A stretch of DNA of 6,828 nt from Chlamydiota bacterium. GTDB lineage: Bacteria > Auribacterota > JACPWU01. The stretch is taken from assembly GCA_016196885.1 (NCBI GenBank), contig JACPWU010000031.1, positions 1 through 6,828 on the forward strand, read 5' to 3'. The position numbers and the translations under genes are program-made. The notes beneath the pieces were generated by a model. That model worked only from the letters and a program-made list of their open reading frames with translations, was not told the DNA's origin and searched no databases. Below, one piece after another: positions 5,368 through 6,828 of this stretch (position 1 is its first letter; every line of letters starts with the position of its first letter).

Positions 5368-5946
5368 TTAGAACCTCCAAACCACGCCGCCGCCAACGAG
5401 GAAGCCATTCAATTCCACATCCTCTTCACCCTCTACCGGAACATTCACGTCTGGATCATTGAAGTAGAATCGCATATCGACATAGCCAGAGAAATTCTCA
5501 TTGAAGTGATATTCCACTCCGCCACCCACCTGGCCAGCAAGGCTGTCATCAATGTCAACCCCATCAATGGAAATATCGTTAAACGCAATACCAATACCTC
5601 CAAAAAGATACGGGTCTACCATGTAAACGCCAGGCCACAGATTGACACGCCCATTCACCAGCAAAGGAACCGTCGTCACATCACCACTGTCATCTGAAAA
5701 ATCCAACTGAGACCACCCTGCCTCTACTTCAGCAGCAAAATACTCATTGAACTGATAACCGGCCTTGCCCCCTGCGAAAACATCCGCGGACAAATCATCG
5801 TTAAAAGGAATGAAGGCCTGAACATTGGGCTCCACATAAAAACCATGCAGCATAAATGGACATTCGCCAGAGGCGTCATCTGCCATAGCAGCCTTCCCCA
5901 ATCCCAGTGTCATCAATATCAACGCAACTGCTAAAAATTTCTTCAT
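5368..5946 (-). CDS. small acidic outer-membrane beta-barrel protein (OmpA/OmpW-like 8-stranded type)
   Basis: The start is taken at ATG 5946-5944, which is residue 70 of the 261-aa track ORF. An AAGGAG SD lies 8 nt upstream (AAAGGAGTCCTTAAAATG). A classic signal peptide follows: MKKFLAVALILMTLGLGKAAMA|DD. Alternating hydrophobic beta-strand patterns are present (GGKAGYQF, AAEVEAGW, LFGGIGIAF, QVGGGVEYHF, GYVDMRFYF). The C-terminus is the canonical GGGVVWRF ending in Phe. A strong terminator follows. Confidence 0.85.
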   Translation of the reverse strand: MKKFLAVALILMTLGLGKAAMADDASGECPFMLHGFYVEPNVQAFIPFNDDLSADVFAGGKAGYQFNEYFAAEVEAGWSQLDFSDDSGDVTTVPLLVNGRVNLWPGVYMVDPYLFGGIGIAFNDISIDGVDIDDSLAGQVGGGVEYHFNENFSGYVDMRFYFNDPDVNVPVEGEEDVELNGFLVGGGVVWRF

Positions 5947-6306
5947 TTTAAGGACTCCTTTCTTATGAATGTATACTCGAAAATGAAGCGCCACGTAAAA
6001 TGGGTCGCTCCCGGACTTAGGGTAAAAAATCCCCTGAGGCATATCTAACACAGCCCGTGTGATATCCCTCTGGAGAATAAAGCGCCTAAGCCCCCCTCTT
6101 GACAAACCGCCCGATTTTGACTCGCAATAAAAGAGCGAGAAATCAGGGATCATTTGCGAAGGGATAAGACATTCCCACCCCCCTGTTGCGGTGAGTTGCG
6201 AAACACATTATCACAAGTGGATTTTAAAGGGAAGTGAAATTTTTTCTGAAAATTGTTTTTGGAGGCACGCAATCATCCATCGCGCCCGTCCTTTTACATC
6301 ACACCG

Positions 6307-6828
6307 CTATGAACGACCTACAGGAAGAACGACGCTCATGGTTGTCCCTTGACCCAAAGCACTTTGAACCTGTATCTTTCCCCCCTGGGCCTCAACAAGT
6401 TGGCGAGAAATAGAAAGACCTAACCCCATCCCCTTCTCCTTCCTCGCCGTGTAAAAAGGTTCAAACAACCGGGTGAGCGTTTCCTCATCCATCCCGATTC
6501 CAGAATCCTTGAACGTGACCTCGTAAAATTGCCCTTCGTCCCTTTTGACAAACTCGGAACGAATCTCAAGCGTTCCTCCTTGCGACATCGCCTCCATTGC
6601 ATTCTTCATTAAATTGAAAAAAACCTGAGCCAATTGGTTCTGATCTGCCTCGATCAAAACTTGAGGGCCCCAAAAATTTGTCGAGACATGGACCTTGCCC
6701 TTCTTGAGTTTAGGCTCCATCAGATTGAGTGTCTCCTGAAGGGGTTTACGAGGATCAAGAGCGGCAAGCACAGGCTTCTCAATTTTGCCCACATGCGTGA
6801 GCTGCTGGGTCAAACCTTCCATCCGATC
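6307..6828 (-). CDS. sensor histidine kinase, C-terminal HATPase_c domain (5' end truncated by window edge)
   Basis: The frame remains open to position 6828 (..DRMEGL..), so the ATG at 6822 is probably internal. N-box FFNLMKNAMEAM, G1 FKDSGIGM, F-box LFEPFYTA, G2 GMGLGLSISRQLV. The stop TAG is at 6309-6307. The HisKA/H-box and the sensor domains lie outside the window. Confidence 0.88.
   Translation of the reverse strand, partial: DRMEGLTQQLTHVGKIEKPVLAALDPRKPLQETLNLMEPKLKKGKVHVSTNFWGPQVLIEADQNQLAQVFFNLMKNAMEAMSQGGTLEIRSEFVKRDEGQFYEVTFKDSGIGMDEETLTRLFEPFYTARKEKGMGLGLSISRQLVEAQGGKIQVQSALGQGTTMSVVLPVGRS

Noticed and set aside
5947-6153. 69-codon N-terminal extension of the small OMP ORF (track start at 6153)
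   Set aside because: The extension has no signal-peptide character and no SD. The internal ATG at 5946 has AAGGAG 8 nt upstream and is followed immediately by a canonical signal peptide. The open frame upstream is taken as coincidental.
6261-6291. Possible terminator hairpin (GGAGGCACGC ... GCGCCCGTCC) after the truncated kinase gene
   Set aside because: Only 7 of 10 positions pair, and on the minus strand no U-tract follows directly. This is not enough for a terminator call.

Overview
All five coding regions are on the minus strand, and the content fits a diderm (Gram-negative-type) bacterium of moderate GC. I cannot name the organism. In transcription order (right to left) the window holds five genes. 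First is the 3' catalytic part of a sensor histidine kinase, cut by the window edge (6307..6828). Second is a small OmpA/OmpW-like 8-stranded-type outer-membrane beta-barrel gene (5368..5946) with a strong SD, a signal peptide and a clean intrinsic terminator. Third is an omptin-like outer-membrane beta-barrel gene (4217..5161). A ~500-bp densely structured intergenic region follows. Last is a translationally coupled operon: a soluble GAF-PAS histidine kinase (1588..3720) and a sigma54-dependent NtrC-family response regulator (115..1587). No CRISPR array, tRNA/rRNA, transposase, integrase or recognisable defence gene is visible. The most unusual content is non-coding. (a) A REP/REPIN-like palindromic doublet is built from two inverted 22-nt GTAG-plus-hairpin units. 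It occurs twice (40..84 and 4000..4053), in opposite orientations, bracketing the kinase/regulator operon. (b) The second copy sits at the exact centre of a ~298-bp nested imperfect palindrome (3879..4176) with 20-bp terminal inverted repeats, which also contains a perfect 24-bp palindrome and reiterated AAATTC motifs. On the protein side, the omptin-like protein appears by hand alignment to keep the Asp-x-Asp pair but lack the catalytic His. The kinase carries a degenerate receiver-like N-terminus. The sigma54 activator has no convincing -24/-12 target promoter in the window. All functional calls rest on motif recognition by eye, and no database search was possible.
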